Source: Batkoa obscura (lineage: Eukaryota). Taken from it: a stretch of 64,000 nucleotides of DNA. Made by a program: the position numbers and the translations under genes. The stretch's first letter is position 1; the number at the start of each line of letters is the position of its first letter. The stretch spans positions 620,001-684,000 of the forward strand of contig JASVEC010000001.1 of the NCBI GenBank assembly GCA_030770535.1, read 5' to 3'. The notes under the pieces are model-generated. The model saw only the letters and a program-made list of their open reading frames with translations. It had not been told where the DNA came from and ran no database searches. Positions 25,877 to 38,164 of the stretch are shown here, piece after piece.

Positions 25877-26238
25877 ATTGGGTTATTGTTATTTTTTTTA
25901 ATAAACTAAAAAGCTTGGAATTCTTTTTGGAGTTTTAAATCAAGTGAAATGGTATTTCATTGGTTTATTTTTTAAGCTTTCAAGTGCTGACTTACGTCAG
26001 CCTAATATTGTTGGAAAGTTAAGCTGAATTCAAAGAGTAGTAATAATACTTGAATATTGAATAAATGAATTTAATGGGGGGGGGGTTTTTTGAAATATAA
26101 TAAAATTAAAATTAAAAATAGAATATCTTTGATAGAAAAATAAAGAAATAAAAATAATAACTTAAAATGCAATAATGATTTAATGATTTTCTTAAATGAG
26201 CATAATAGTTAAAAATAAACTATAAAAAGATACAGTTC

Positions 26239-27521
26239 TTATTCATGAGGTGGAACGGATCTTACAGAAAGTCTTGAAGGGGAAGGTGGACGACTTTTTA
26301 ATATATTACCATTTTCATTGGGATTTTTATTAATACCGTTAACATTAAGTTCTCTAATACCATTCATTTTTTTATTACCATTAGTTTTAGCTTGAGAATC
26401 AAAGGATGAATTTAAAGCATTAATATCTTCAATTTGTTCTTTATTAATAGGTTTCTCAATAATTCCATTACTCTTTGATGAATATTTGATAAAATTAAAC
26501 ATTGAATTTACTACATATTCTTCATAAAATAAAACAGAAGTAAATAAAATACATACAATAACTTGAGCATCTGATAAATTAACATTACCAATTAATGAAA
26601 TAATAGATTCTAATTGATCAAATAAATTGAACTGTTTAGCTAATTGAATTAAGTATTGTGCACTAATTAATTCTTGAGTTGTACTAACTATATAAAAGAT
26701 AGCTAAATAAAATGGAGTACGTATACCTAATGGTATATTCTTAACAAAATTAGGTGTTTGTAATCCCCATTCTGGTTGATTTAATTTAAATAAATCTAAA
26801 AAAATTAAGTTATTATTATTATTATTATTATTGTTTAATAATGATATAATTAATATTATACTTACCCATCATTATTCCACCTCCACAAGCAGCTACAGTA
26901 CCTCCTAAAATCATAGCTACATAAGAATTAGCTAATGGTACTGAATTACTTGCTCTAATAATATCAATAGTTGAAGTTACGGCAAAACCACGACTTACAC
27001 CATCAGCAATAATAAATAATGGATTGATTAAAGATAAAAATGGAAGTAATATTTTAAATATTAAATCATTTGGTGAATAAAATATAATAAAATGAATTGT
27101 ACTTTATAATAAAACATAAAATTTATAAAAATAAAAAAATAAATTAAATTGAAGTTACCTATATAATGGTATAATAGTATTAGAAGCTAACCATGGTACA
27201 TATCTACCAAACAAAAAACCTAAATTAAGTTATTAATAAATTTTAAAATAAGATAAAAAATAAAAAAATAAAAAAATAATAAAACTTACTACTTAATATA
27301 CCACCACCCAAACCTAAAATAATATTAACAATTAAAGCTTGTAACCAAGGAACTTGGTATTTGTTATTAGTTGATTTATCACTAAATAAATATCTTGAAA
27401 ACAAAGCAACGCGAGTAGCATGTAAAGTAGATAAGATAGATAATGGTAAATATTGACTATGCCAATGCGTTTTTGGTAAATTTAATATACTCCATTTAAT
27501 TAATTCTAAATTATTCAACAT
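26239..27521 (-). CDS. Multi-TM protein resembling trimeric intracellular cation channels (TRIC/TMEM38); about four exons
   Basis: Two GGG-containing helices (LGLGGGIL; GGTVAACGGGMM), PWLASN, FYSPND, ADGVSRGFAV. GTAAGT/GTAACT donors near 27290, 27159 and 26865. Confidence 0.55.
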
Positions 27522-27899
27522 TTCTCTTTTATTATTAAATCAAACAACTTCTATTATTTTTATTGTTTGTTTTATAGTCTTTTGTTTTTCCTTTTTGTAA
27601 AAAGAGTAAGCTTCAATCTTGGTTTATTTTTTAATTTAATTTATGTTCCCGTAAAATAGAATTTATCCAACCATTTATTGTCATTTCTCATTTACTATAA
27701 TTGGCTTTTATAAAAAAAAATCAAGCTTCATATTATCTTTTCATTGGCTTATAATTTATTAACACTTTTGATTGGCTATTACAAATCTAAAATTACTAAT
27801 CTTCAATTTCCATGTAAGCAATAAATGAATTTATTTAAATAGAAAAATTAAAATAATAAAATAATAAATATTAATTATAAAAGTTATAAAAATTATTCA

Positions 27900-28769
27900 A
27901 TTTAACTGAAGGGTTTATTGTGTAACTAATAAGACATTGATATAATAAAAAAGAAGGATGATTTTGTATTACCTAAAAATAAATGCTTTGAAATATAAAA
28001 TAAAATATTCGATTGAAGTGGCTATTTAAGATCAAAGATAACATCATTATTAGCATTTAGTGAACTTGCAGAGGTAACTATCATTGGTATATATAATATC
28101 ATTCTATAAGTATAATATAGTAATATTGAGACTAAAATTAAATTACTATCCTTAAATAATGCTTTATAATTGTATTTTAATACTAGTAGTATTATTGATA
28201 ATAATATCAATGAGAAAAGATTAATAATAAACTTAATCCATGAATAAATTGTCAAACAATGAACATCCATAGTAGCAGAACAGAAATCAATCTCATCTTT
28301 AAATCCATTAATACTAAAAAATAACATTAATAAAGAGTAAATCTTTAAAGTACTATTGATTATTATATAACTTATTGGTATACTCTGTAATAATAAGCTA
28401 TGTTTTATTACTTCAGATAATATATTTAAAATTACTATTACAATTAAAATATCCGATAAAGATACACTTATAATTACCATTGTTATATGGGGGTGTTTTT
28501 TTTGGCTTCATTATTTTTTCCATTTTTAAGCGCTATTTGAGTGGAAAATTGTTAATAAAATTCTTAAACATAAAAATACAACCCCATATTTAATTTTGGT
28601 TTTATAGTACATAATATATTATTATAAAAATATGATATTTTACTTATATGACAACAAACTGCTGTTGCCCCTATGAATAGTATTAAGATGATATAAATGT
28701 TTAGCACTTTTTTGATTATAGTTTGAAATAAATTAATAAATCTTGATTAATAGTTCTAAAATAGTCCAT
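27900..28769 (-). pseudogene. Multi-TM (possibly GPCR-like) membrane-protein pseudogene interrupted by a MITE
   Basis: Hydrophobic ORF 28022-28480 continues upstream in frame across the MITE (LCTIKPKLNITMVIISVSLSDILIV). Frameshift near the 5' end and a TAG at 28022. Family and boundaries tentative. Confidence 0.5.
28489..28585. mobile_element. 97-bp MITE
   Basis: GGGGGTGTTTTT...ATACAACCCC, ATAT duplicated. Confidence 0.92.
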
Positions 28770-30347
28770 TGGTAAAGATATTATTGTTGTATCTATTTTT
28801 TCTAATATAAAGTTTTAATAAGAGTGAGCAATATCAGTTGAATTTCACTTATTTTTTCTTTTTTTTTACTTATCCCATTTAATTACATAATATACTAAAT
28901 ATAATATCATTAGTATTTTGTTGAAATCTAAAATTAGATAAATTAAAAATCAGAAATGAGGAGAAGCAATAAAATGGAATTGTTTATTAACCTTATCCCT
29001 TGTTCAGTTAGAATAGCTTGCAGTTAAACGTCTTTCTTTATTTTTAATTTGTTTTATTGTTTTCTAATATGAATTTAGAAATATAAGAAAAGCTGTGGTG
29101 TTAAAATTCACATTAGAAAAAGTTAACCACAAGTTAAAATCAACAAAGTACATCTAGCTGCATGCAGTTCTAAATCATGGAATTTTTTCATAAGCTTCGG
29201 ACACTTCTATTTACATCCTTATAAGTTGTATTAAATAGAAATTAACGTTTTTTGTTTTTTATTAAGGTTTAGTTTGATTTTAATTACTGTAAAAATAAAT
29301 AATAGAACAGCTAATTTCATAAATTAATACAAAATTTTATTTTCTCAAATTAAATTATTATTAAAAAATAAAAATTTATAATGATTTTTTTTATATTAAT
29401 TTTTTGAAATCATCTTATTGTGTTATACTCCCCCTGGAATGCAATGACTATTATGATTATTAGTGAAGACAAAGTATTTTAATGAATTTTAAAAAATAAT
29501 TTAGTATAGTATATTTAACATCTTTTTATTGTATTTTACTTATTAAATAAATTATCTACACAATTGATTCTGATATTTTTAATAAATATTAATATAGTAT
29601 AATTAATACTATTAAATAAAAAAAGACTTTATTTTTTAAACATGTGTATAATATTTTTTCTGGATCGTTTTTTGAAAATCTAATACTGATTTTATTATAT
29701 TTAAAGCTATAACGTGATTAAGACTATTAACAAAATAACTAATTATCAAATCATCATTTGTAGTAAATTTATAAAAACTATTTTTATTTTATTTTAATTA
29801 GCAAAAAAATAAACATTTTTAATTTAGAAGGTTTAAAATAAATATTAAAGAAGCAATGTATTTTTTTAATTAATTAAAGATAATTTTTTGTTATGCTTTA
29901 TTTTATATAAAATAAGTTAAAATAATCACTGCTATTATTAGCCAAAATCGAAATTATAATATTAAATAAAGTCCTGAATATTTTAACTAACTTTATAAAT
30001 TTTGTTATAATTACTCCAGCTAGTTGGTTTTTGCTTGCTTTTTTAGTTATATCTCTATATATAAATAGCTATATTTTTATTAAAATTAAATTACAATCTT
30101 ATTATGGTAGTGTGAAACACAGTTTTTATAATATTGCTTTTAATTTAATAAATACAGTATGAGTCTTTTTATTTATTAATTAAACAAACCTGTTTTTTAT
30201 TAATATAAATCTAATTTTTTATATTATTATATTTAAAATTAAAATTAAAATTATTAAAAGTTAAATAATAATTTATGTGATTTTTAATATTTGCTTTAAT
30301 ACTTACTAGTTTAATAATATTACATACATATTTAATAATATCAGCTT

Positions 30348-30829
30348 TGTGAAATATCGGTTCATTAGCTCTAGGATTGATTATAATATGATAATCAATT
30401 CAGAGTTCCTTATATAGATTTGCTGTGAGAATTGCTACCACCTGATCATGAAGAACTTATTGTCCACGTTTCAATGTCCATACTTGGTAACTACAATAAG
30501 GAATAACTGCTATAAGGTTCCTTGTATATAGCCACCCAGTTGGAGTATAAAAGAGATTCTTCAACATACTAACTCGAGGCTTTTTTAATTGAATTATTCC
30601 CTGATAACGTACTATTAATAAAGCCACTAAGTCTTTCTGACGATATCTTACATAGATTTTACAGTAGTATTGTCTATTCTATTTGTTTTACATAGTTCGT
30701 AACTTATTACGTATTATTCATATTCATTTAAGTCTATCTTAGTTACATAAAGTAAGACCGTTCGACTCAAGGCAAGTTAATTAAGCAAGAGTAGCTTTTA
30801 ACTCCTACCACTAAGTATCAAATTTCACA
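30348..30829. mobile_element. solo-LTR-like element
   Basis: TGTGAAA...TTTCACA, GCTT duplicated on both sides. Confidence 0.8.
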
Positions 30830-31005
30830 GCTTTAATATAATAAGTTATAACAATATATAATATATTTACAATTTTTATTATGTTTTTTAAAATGCTTTT
30901 TTTATAAACCAGCATTTATAAGCTTTACGTAATCAATTTTTTTTATTTTTAAAGCTATAATTATTTTTTTTGCTTGTTTTAAGTTCTTTTATTAAATTCA
31001 ACTTA

Positions 31006-31464
31006 TGTGAAAGTTGGTACTCAGTGGTAGGAGTTAAAAGCTACTCTTGCTTAATTAACTTGCCTTGAGTCGAACGGTCTTACTTTATGTAACTAAGATA
31101 GACTTAAATGAATATGAATAATACGTAATAAGTTACGAACTATGTAAAACAAATAGAATAGACAATACTACTGTAAAATCTATGTAAGATATCGTCAGAA
31201 AGACTTAGTGGCTTTATTAATAGTACGTTATCAGGGAATAATTCAGTTAAAAAGCTTTGAGTTATCATGTTGAAGAATCCCTTTTATATTCTTTGCAATG
31301 TGAAGTTAGAAATTCTCACAACAAATCAAAACAAGGAACTCTGAATTGATTATACCACATGGATCACGGTCAAAATGGTTACAATACTACAACTAGCTTT
31401 GTAAACAAGTTAAGTGATTATCATCTTATAATTAATCCGAGAGCTGATAAACCAATATTTCACA
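31006..31464. mobile_element. solo-LTR-like element, inverted relative to 30348-30829
   Basis: TGTGAAA...TTTCACA, CTTA duplicated on both sides. Confidence 0.8.
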
Positions 31465-33036
31465 CTTATAATTTTAATTAAAATGTTAAATTATAAGATT
31501 AATTTTTTTAAACCTGTTTTAAACTTTTTATTACTATACACTTTTTAATAAATGCTTATATATGTTATAATTTTTATCATTTATTAAATTATGATACTTG
31601 TTTTTACATTTCTAAAGCTTTGATAAGTTTATAGTTTAATTTTTTTTTTTATTCATTTTTTTAATAACAATAAAACTTTAAATTTAAAAAATGCAAAAAT
31701 ATACTAGTTGTAACATTTTAAAAAGAGTATCATTTAATAATTTAAACAATTTAAAAAATTAAAACTATAATATAAGGTGCTTTTTTTATTTTTAAAATTA
31801 ATTGCATTTAAATGCTTTATATTTTTTAATTTGCTACTAATTTTTTTATATAAATCTAAGAGTTGTAACTTTTTATATAGTATTAAATATGTATTAAAAA
31901 AGTTATTAAAAATAAAAAATAAAAATTTCATTTAAACGTAATTAGGTTTGCTAAAAAAACTCAGTTTTTATCAAAAGATTAATTATTAAATTTAATATAA
32001 ATTAAAAATAAAAGCAATGTTTTATAGATACAAGTCAAGTTTAAGATAGCTAAATTTTAAAATTTTTCAATTACTCTGTATCTAAGGTATTGGTATTTTA
32101 TCATGTTTTTAGTAAAATAATGAAAGTGATATAAATCGACTATTATTTAAGCTTAAAAATATTAATTAGGTACTAAATATTCTATAGATACTTTTTGAGT
32201 GTATAGCATAAAATTGAGAAAGAATAAAGACAGGTCATATATTAAGCTACTTTTAACAAATAAACTTGTAAAAAATAGATGTAAGTATTTTTGATTAATA
32301 ACCTTTTACTATAAATTTTAGCAGAAAGTTCAAAGCTTGGTAAAGTCAAAAATGTAAATTAAATATCAAAAAAAATTGACTTGTTGACGTATTTTAAGTT
32401 TAAGTTATCCGTTAAAAAATTCTTCAATTCTTCAAATCTTTTTTGAATATTCTATATTTATATTCTTCAAAATTTTTAAGTTCTTAGATAAAGCAAACCT
32501 TTTTTTATAGATAGTAGTAAAAACGGCTTTATAACTACTACCTTACTTCACCTAAACTACATAAAACTTAATACTAAAATAAATAATAAGAGCTTTATTA
32601 TTTATTTTCCTCTTTTTTACCGTTAGTTAGTTTGTATAAATCGTAATATATATATTTTTTCTTTCTAATTTTTTATCTGGTCAGTGCAAATTGAATTTAG
32701 CTATTCTCTTTTAACTTTTTAATTTTATAATTTTTTCATAAGCACTTAATGTTTTATGCTTTTCAAGATAAAATAATAGTGTTACAAACAATAAAATTTA
32801 ATAAAATAAAATTTTAATTTATTCTATAATTTTTAAAATGATAGATTAATTTATCATTATTAATATGATGCTATTATTCAAAATCAATTATAGTTCTTTA
32901 TGAAAATGAACATGTTATATAGCATCAATTCTATTCTATAAAAACAACTTGGTGACTATAACTATAAATAACCCAATAATTCAAATATATGATTTATTTA
33001 AAAAATGATGCATAAAAAGAGTCAAAGAAAGAGTAG

Positions 33037-33573
33037 TTATATCAGTAAATAATTCAAACTCATCCTTTCTGTACTGTTAGCTGTAGGTGAAGGAGAAGAA
33101 GAGATCGAATTGCTCATTGGATTAGAATTCGATTCAAAGTTTTCTTGAGATGAAAGTGCAGGTGAGAAATTTAGAGTACTACTATTCCTTTCAGGGGATG
33201 GAGCTAAAAGAAGTTTTAAAAAACAAGAGGTTTCAATATCATCTTTCCATTGTAAACCTGTGTTTATTGGAATAAAATTAGTCGTCCTCTTTTCTGCTGA
33301 TCTACGATTTTGAAACCAAATTTGAAATTCTCTTGGATCCATTTGTAACTGCTCAGATAACCTTTTTCTCGTCAATTTGGATGGATAAGGGTTAATTTTA
33401 TATATAGATTCTAATATTTTACGTCGTTCTCTTTTGAATATCCCTCTGGCGCCTTTTTCTTCAATATCAATATTAATCTTATCATCATTGTTCATACTAT
33501 AGCTCATTTCATCATTACAAATAGATCGAAAATTATAGGTATAGTTTTTATAGATCTTAGCAGGCTCTAACAT
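33037..33573 (-). CDS. Homeodomain transcription factor (paralogue 1)
   Basis: RKILESIYKINPYPSKLTRKRLSEQLQMDPREFQIWFQNRR; Ser-rich tail ending RMSLNYLLI. Confidence 0.92.
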   Translation of the reverse strand: MLEPAKIYKNYTYNFRSICNDEMSYSMNNDDKINIDIEEKGARGIFKRERRKILESIYKINPYPSKLTRKRLSEQLQMDPREFQIWFQNRRSAEKRTTNFIPINTGLQWKDDIETSCFLKLLLAPSPERNSSTLNFSPALSSQENFESNSNPMSNSISSSPSPTANSTERMSLNYLLI

Positions 33574-35541
33574 AGCTTGTAATAGATAAATAGATAAAAA
33601 TGTCTTTTTTAAAGTTAAAAGTTGTTTCTGAGCTCCATTTATATACTTTTTTCTTCCGAAGTCAAATGAATAACAAATTATTCTAAATTACAATTTACTT
33701 TAAAATAACGTAATATGATAAATAAAACTAGTTTTGTACCAAAATCAGAAAGTTTTATCTTGTTTAAAAGTTTTTTTATATGATAGATTTAATACCTTTA
33801 TATTTTATAGTTTGTGTAACTATTTATTTTTACTATAATCTCTTTTATTTTCTAATTGATTAAAATTGAAAAATAATAATAATTAGTAACAAAAAATCAT
33901 AAGGCCCGATCCTAAATTCAAAAAAATGAAAATAGCTATTTTAATGCAATAAGTATATCTAAAGTTGACATTAAATACGGCTACTAGATATTTGTTTATT
34001 AATGGAATACTTTAAGTCCTTTTAAATTTGTTTGAATATTAATTGTTGTTATTAGATTGGTATCAAGAATGAGACTTTGGATTTGTTAATTTATTTTATT
34101 GGAACTGTAATTTATCGTAATAAACTCTGTAGCTAAAGCAATCGAGTAAAAATATATAACCCATTGGCTAGTATGAGTTTTATATACGTTTTTAATGTAA
34201 CAATTTAATACCAGCATTGATCACTTGCTCAGGTAAAGAAACTATCAACCGACTGTATAATAACAAAAGCAACGCTTTAGAAAACTATTATATGATAAAC
34301 CATCTGAGGTTTTTTATACGAAAGTTCGTATGATAATTTTTAGCCCCTACTCTTAGGAGAAAAACAAAATATTAAAATGAAAGGGTATCCCTATTTAGTT
34401 TATTTGACCAAGTAGCGGCCTAAGTTGGACAGGCAAGATAAAAGAATTATTTTGATAAACCTATAAATAAGGTACAATACCTTCAAAAAAATGGTATCCT
34501 TTATTTATTTATCTCTTATCATCATTTGAATCATCTCGAATTTGCCAGAGTCTAGCCTCATAAAAATCATAAACTGACTATAGATAAATGATAGCTATGG
34601 GGAATAATAATACACGTCGTTATATAATTCAAAGATAATAAGGTTAAATATATTGATTGCTACTTTACAATGTTAAAAAATCTGGATTATTATATCAATA
34701 ATATCAAAGATGATAATAAAATAGTTATTTAATTAAGATTATCATTTGTAATTAAAATAGAAAAAATATCCAAATTGAGAAAAGTTTTCTAGATTGTATT
34801 TATTACTTAGTTTAATAATAAATAATGTTTGTTATATATGAATAATAGACTAATATTTACCTTTCGATTGACTATTATAGACAATATTCATAAACCCATA
34901 ATCAAATTGATCTTTATAATCTTTTCAACATAATGATGGTGTTAATTTTAATAGAATCTAAAGTGATGATGTATATGTTCCTTATTTTTATGAGTGAAAA
35001 TGCGAATATATTTGATACAATCACATTTTGTTTTAAAACAATAAACAATCGAATATTTTATAATTATTTATGCTTCATTTTTAAATTACGTGACTGATAT
35101 GTCTTTGTTTAATTAACAATATAAGAGTAAAGTACTTAGGGTTCTCAAAAGTTTATTTTCAATTAAAAAGGTTTAAAATTGTATCATTTTTTCGTAGTTT
35201 ATTTGTTTTAATCTTTAAAATATATTAGTATATATTTCCGCTTTTAAAGGATACAAACATTGACAGTACAAACATACTTAGTCCCGATGCTAATGTCCTA
35301 TTCATGCTAATGTCAGCTATTTTATCACATATCCTTTAAAACGCGTTTTACTACTCATTTAATTACAAATATTTGCATTAAATTTACCGAAATATAGCTA
35401 TCAACTTTTTAGTTAATAAAATGATATCCAGTTTTTGTGAAATCATATTTTAATTAAATTTGTTTATGTTAAGTTTTTATTTTTTATAATGTGTTTAAAG
35501 CAAGTTACTAAAAAGAAAGTAACAATAAATTTGTAATATAT

Positions 35542-35638
35542 GGGGGTGTTTTTTTTAGTTTCATTACTTTTTCCTTTTTAAACGCTATTTGAGTGAAAAG
35601 CTTATTAGTAAAATTCTTAAACAAAAAAATACATCCCC
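35542..35638. mobile_element. 97-bp MITE
   Basis: GGGGGTGTTTT...ATACATCCCC, ATAT duplicated. Confidence 0.92.
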
Positions 35639-37147
35639 ATATTTAATATTAAATTTATTATGTGTGATAAAAACCAAATTGGATGCCATAAATACATAGA
35701 TCTAAAATATGGGTAACGGTTTAGTGCAATGAATCAACTTTGAAGTGAAGAGAAGTTGGGGGCTTATTAATGGGTATTCCAAAGGTTCTAAAAAAATGTG
35801 GCACTTACAGTAAGATTTTATATTTTAATATAGTATAAGCCACGATACTTAAATGGTAGCTTTTCCGAAAATAGTTTATAATTTCCAAAGTATTAATTAC
35901 CTGTAAAGCACATGGTAAATTTTTTGTTTCATTATATAGCTAATGATTTATTTAATTTTAAGCTACATAAACCTCTTGCTTGAAAGGGGTCAAGTTTAAT
36001 AATCAAATTCCATAAAAATGGTCAAAACAATCAATAAAAAGGATACTTCTATATAATTTCTATAACTAATACTGGTGTAATTTAGGTCCAGCTTTTCTTA
36101 CATGACTTGAAGTTATTCTAAATTAAATGCAGATATACACTATAAAGTCTTAATTAAACATCTACCTTTGATTTACAATAGCTTCATGCTGTGTAAGAAA
36201 AATTATTTCTAAATTAAAAAGGTAGCTTGGTAACCGAGTTTTCAAAAAAATTAACCTACAATATTTTTTATGTATCATTTTTAGCAGTTTAATATTGTCT
36301 CAACGAGAATGCCATGATCTGAAAAATTCAACTATTACTACTGATTTAAGTTAAATATAGATTGGTCATTTCGAAATTTTATATTTAATGATTTTAAAGA
36401 TAGAAAGTCCCTATGATTAAACCCAGCAAATACAAAAGAAAAATGCTCAGTTCACGTTTAATTTAAATCAGGAGTGTAATTCAATTATTTAGCTTAATAA
36501 AGTTTAATATAAAAAAGTCAAATATGCGTAAATTATTTATTGGTTATATTATGTTATTTAAATAAAATGTCATAAACATGATATTTTTTGACTTTATCAG
36601 TTACGTTAAGGTTCCTTTGAAATCCTAAACATTTCCTAATATAAGCTTTGTAAAACCAACAATAGCCCATAACTATGACCTTGATTTGAGCCCCAGCTTG
36701 TTTAATCTAAGCTGTTCCACACATTAAACTAAAGTATCCGTGAAATCGAGGTTATTATATCTGTTAAAGTACATATATGCAGTGGCTAACTGCTTATTTT
36801 GAAATAAAAAGTCAAACATCAAGCTGCAAAGCGCATAATAACATAAGCTATTGGTTATAAAAATCGCCGCTAACTACTTCACATTTGGACTTTAACAGCT
36901 GCAGCTTTAATCAGTATTATGGGGGTCTTTAAAACATCTACGCCATCTACAAATTTAAAAGTTGGTACACTTTTTGGAAATGCATAACTGTGGGAGTTTT
37001 GTGCATTTTTCCAAAAGGTGTATTATTGATTTAAATATAGTCCCAGACCAGCGCTATCAATGAGCATTTTTAGAAAGCACCGAGTCATTTAGCTAGTATA
37101 AGCTTTATAAAGTTGTAAAATATAGTGAAGTGCGATAAAAAATATTT

Positions 37148-37241
37148 GGGCTTTTTTGTTGGTTTCATCATTTTATCTATTTTTAAGTGTTATTAAGTAG
37201 AAAAATGTTAGTAAATTTCTTAAATAAAAGGAAACATCCCC
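37148..37241. mobile_element. MITE (diverged)
   Basis: GGGCTTTTTTG...AAACATCCCC, ATTT duplicated; absent from the paralogous site near 44035. Confidence 0.85.
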
Positions 37242-38065
37242 ATTTCTTATCATTTATTTCTTTGCCAAATACTAATTGTTTAGCTTATATAGACTTATAA
37301 AGTATAGCTCATAACTTAATTCATTAACACACAACTTTATTCAATCATATTGTGTAAAATATTTGATTATTATTATCCAGCTTTTCGAAATGATTAATCC
37401 TCTCTATTTATCTGATTACATCTATTACTTAATACAAATAGGTGATTTTATGAATTTAAATAGCTAGAAATATTATATAAAATTCTTATTGTAAATTTAT
37501 ATACGCTCAAATATATGATGTATTTGTTTGTAGATGAATATTCAATAAATATTTAAGACTATAAAATCTAGACCAAATAATACAATAAAAGCTCTATTAT
37601 TCTTAAATACCTGGAGTAATGTATAAAAAAGTATTACTACGGTTAGACATATAATATTTATTAAAGTTCTTAATTATTCGGAGTATCGGTATATAATTTA
37701 AACTACATTACCAAAATAATGATTAGTTAATTGGTATCTTTTATACTTTATACCAAATTTGTAATATAAAAATTTGCCAATAATTCTACATCTTACGTTA
37801 ACTTAAACTCTTGGCGGCTTACCCTAAATGGTTATAACGGGTTTTATTATTAAAAGCAAATAGGTAAATAACTTATATAAATAGATGATTGCATGATAAA
37901 AACATGGAACCTGATAAGGTTAGTTCTAAAGAATAATTTATCAAAATCAACTAGTTTAAATAGCTTTATTAATGGCTCTTATTAAGAATGGCTAAAACGT
38001 AATTAACTTATTGAAACTTCATACATGTTCTTTGATGTAAAAACGCAACTCCAATTACTATATAT

Positions 38066-38164
38066 GAGGATGTTTTTTTTGGTCTCATTATTTTTTCTAT
38101 CTTTTAAGCACTATTTGAGCGGAAAGATTGCTAGTAAAATTCCTAAACAAAAAAATACATCCTC
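38066..38164. mobile_element. MITE
   Basis: GAGGATGTTTT...ATACATCCTC, ATAT duplicated; absent from the paralogous site near 44860. Confidence 0.9.
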
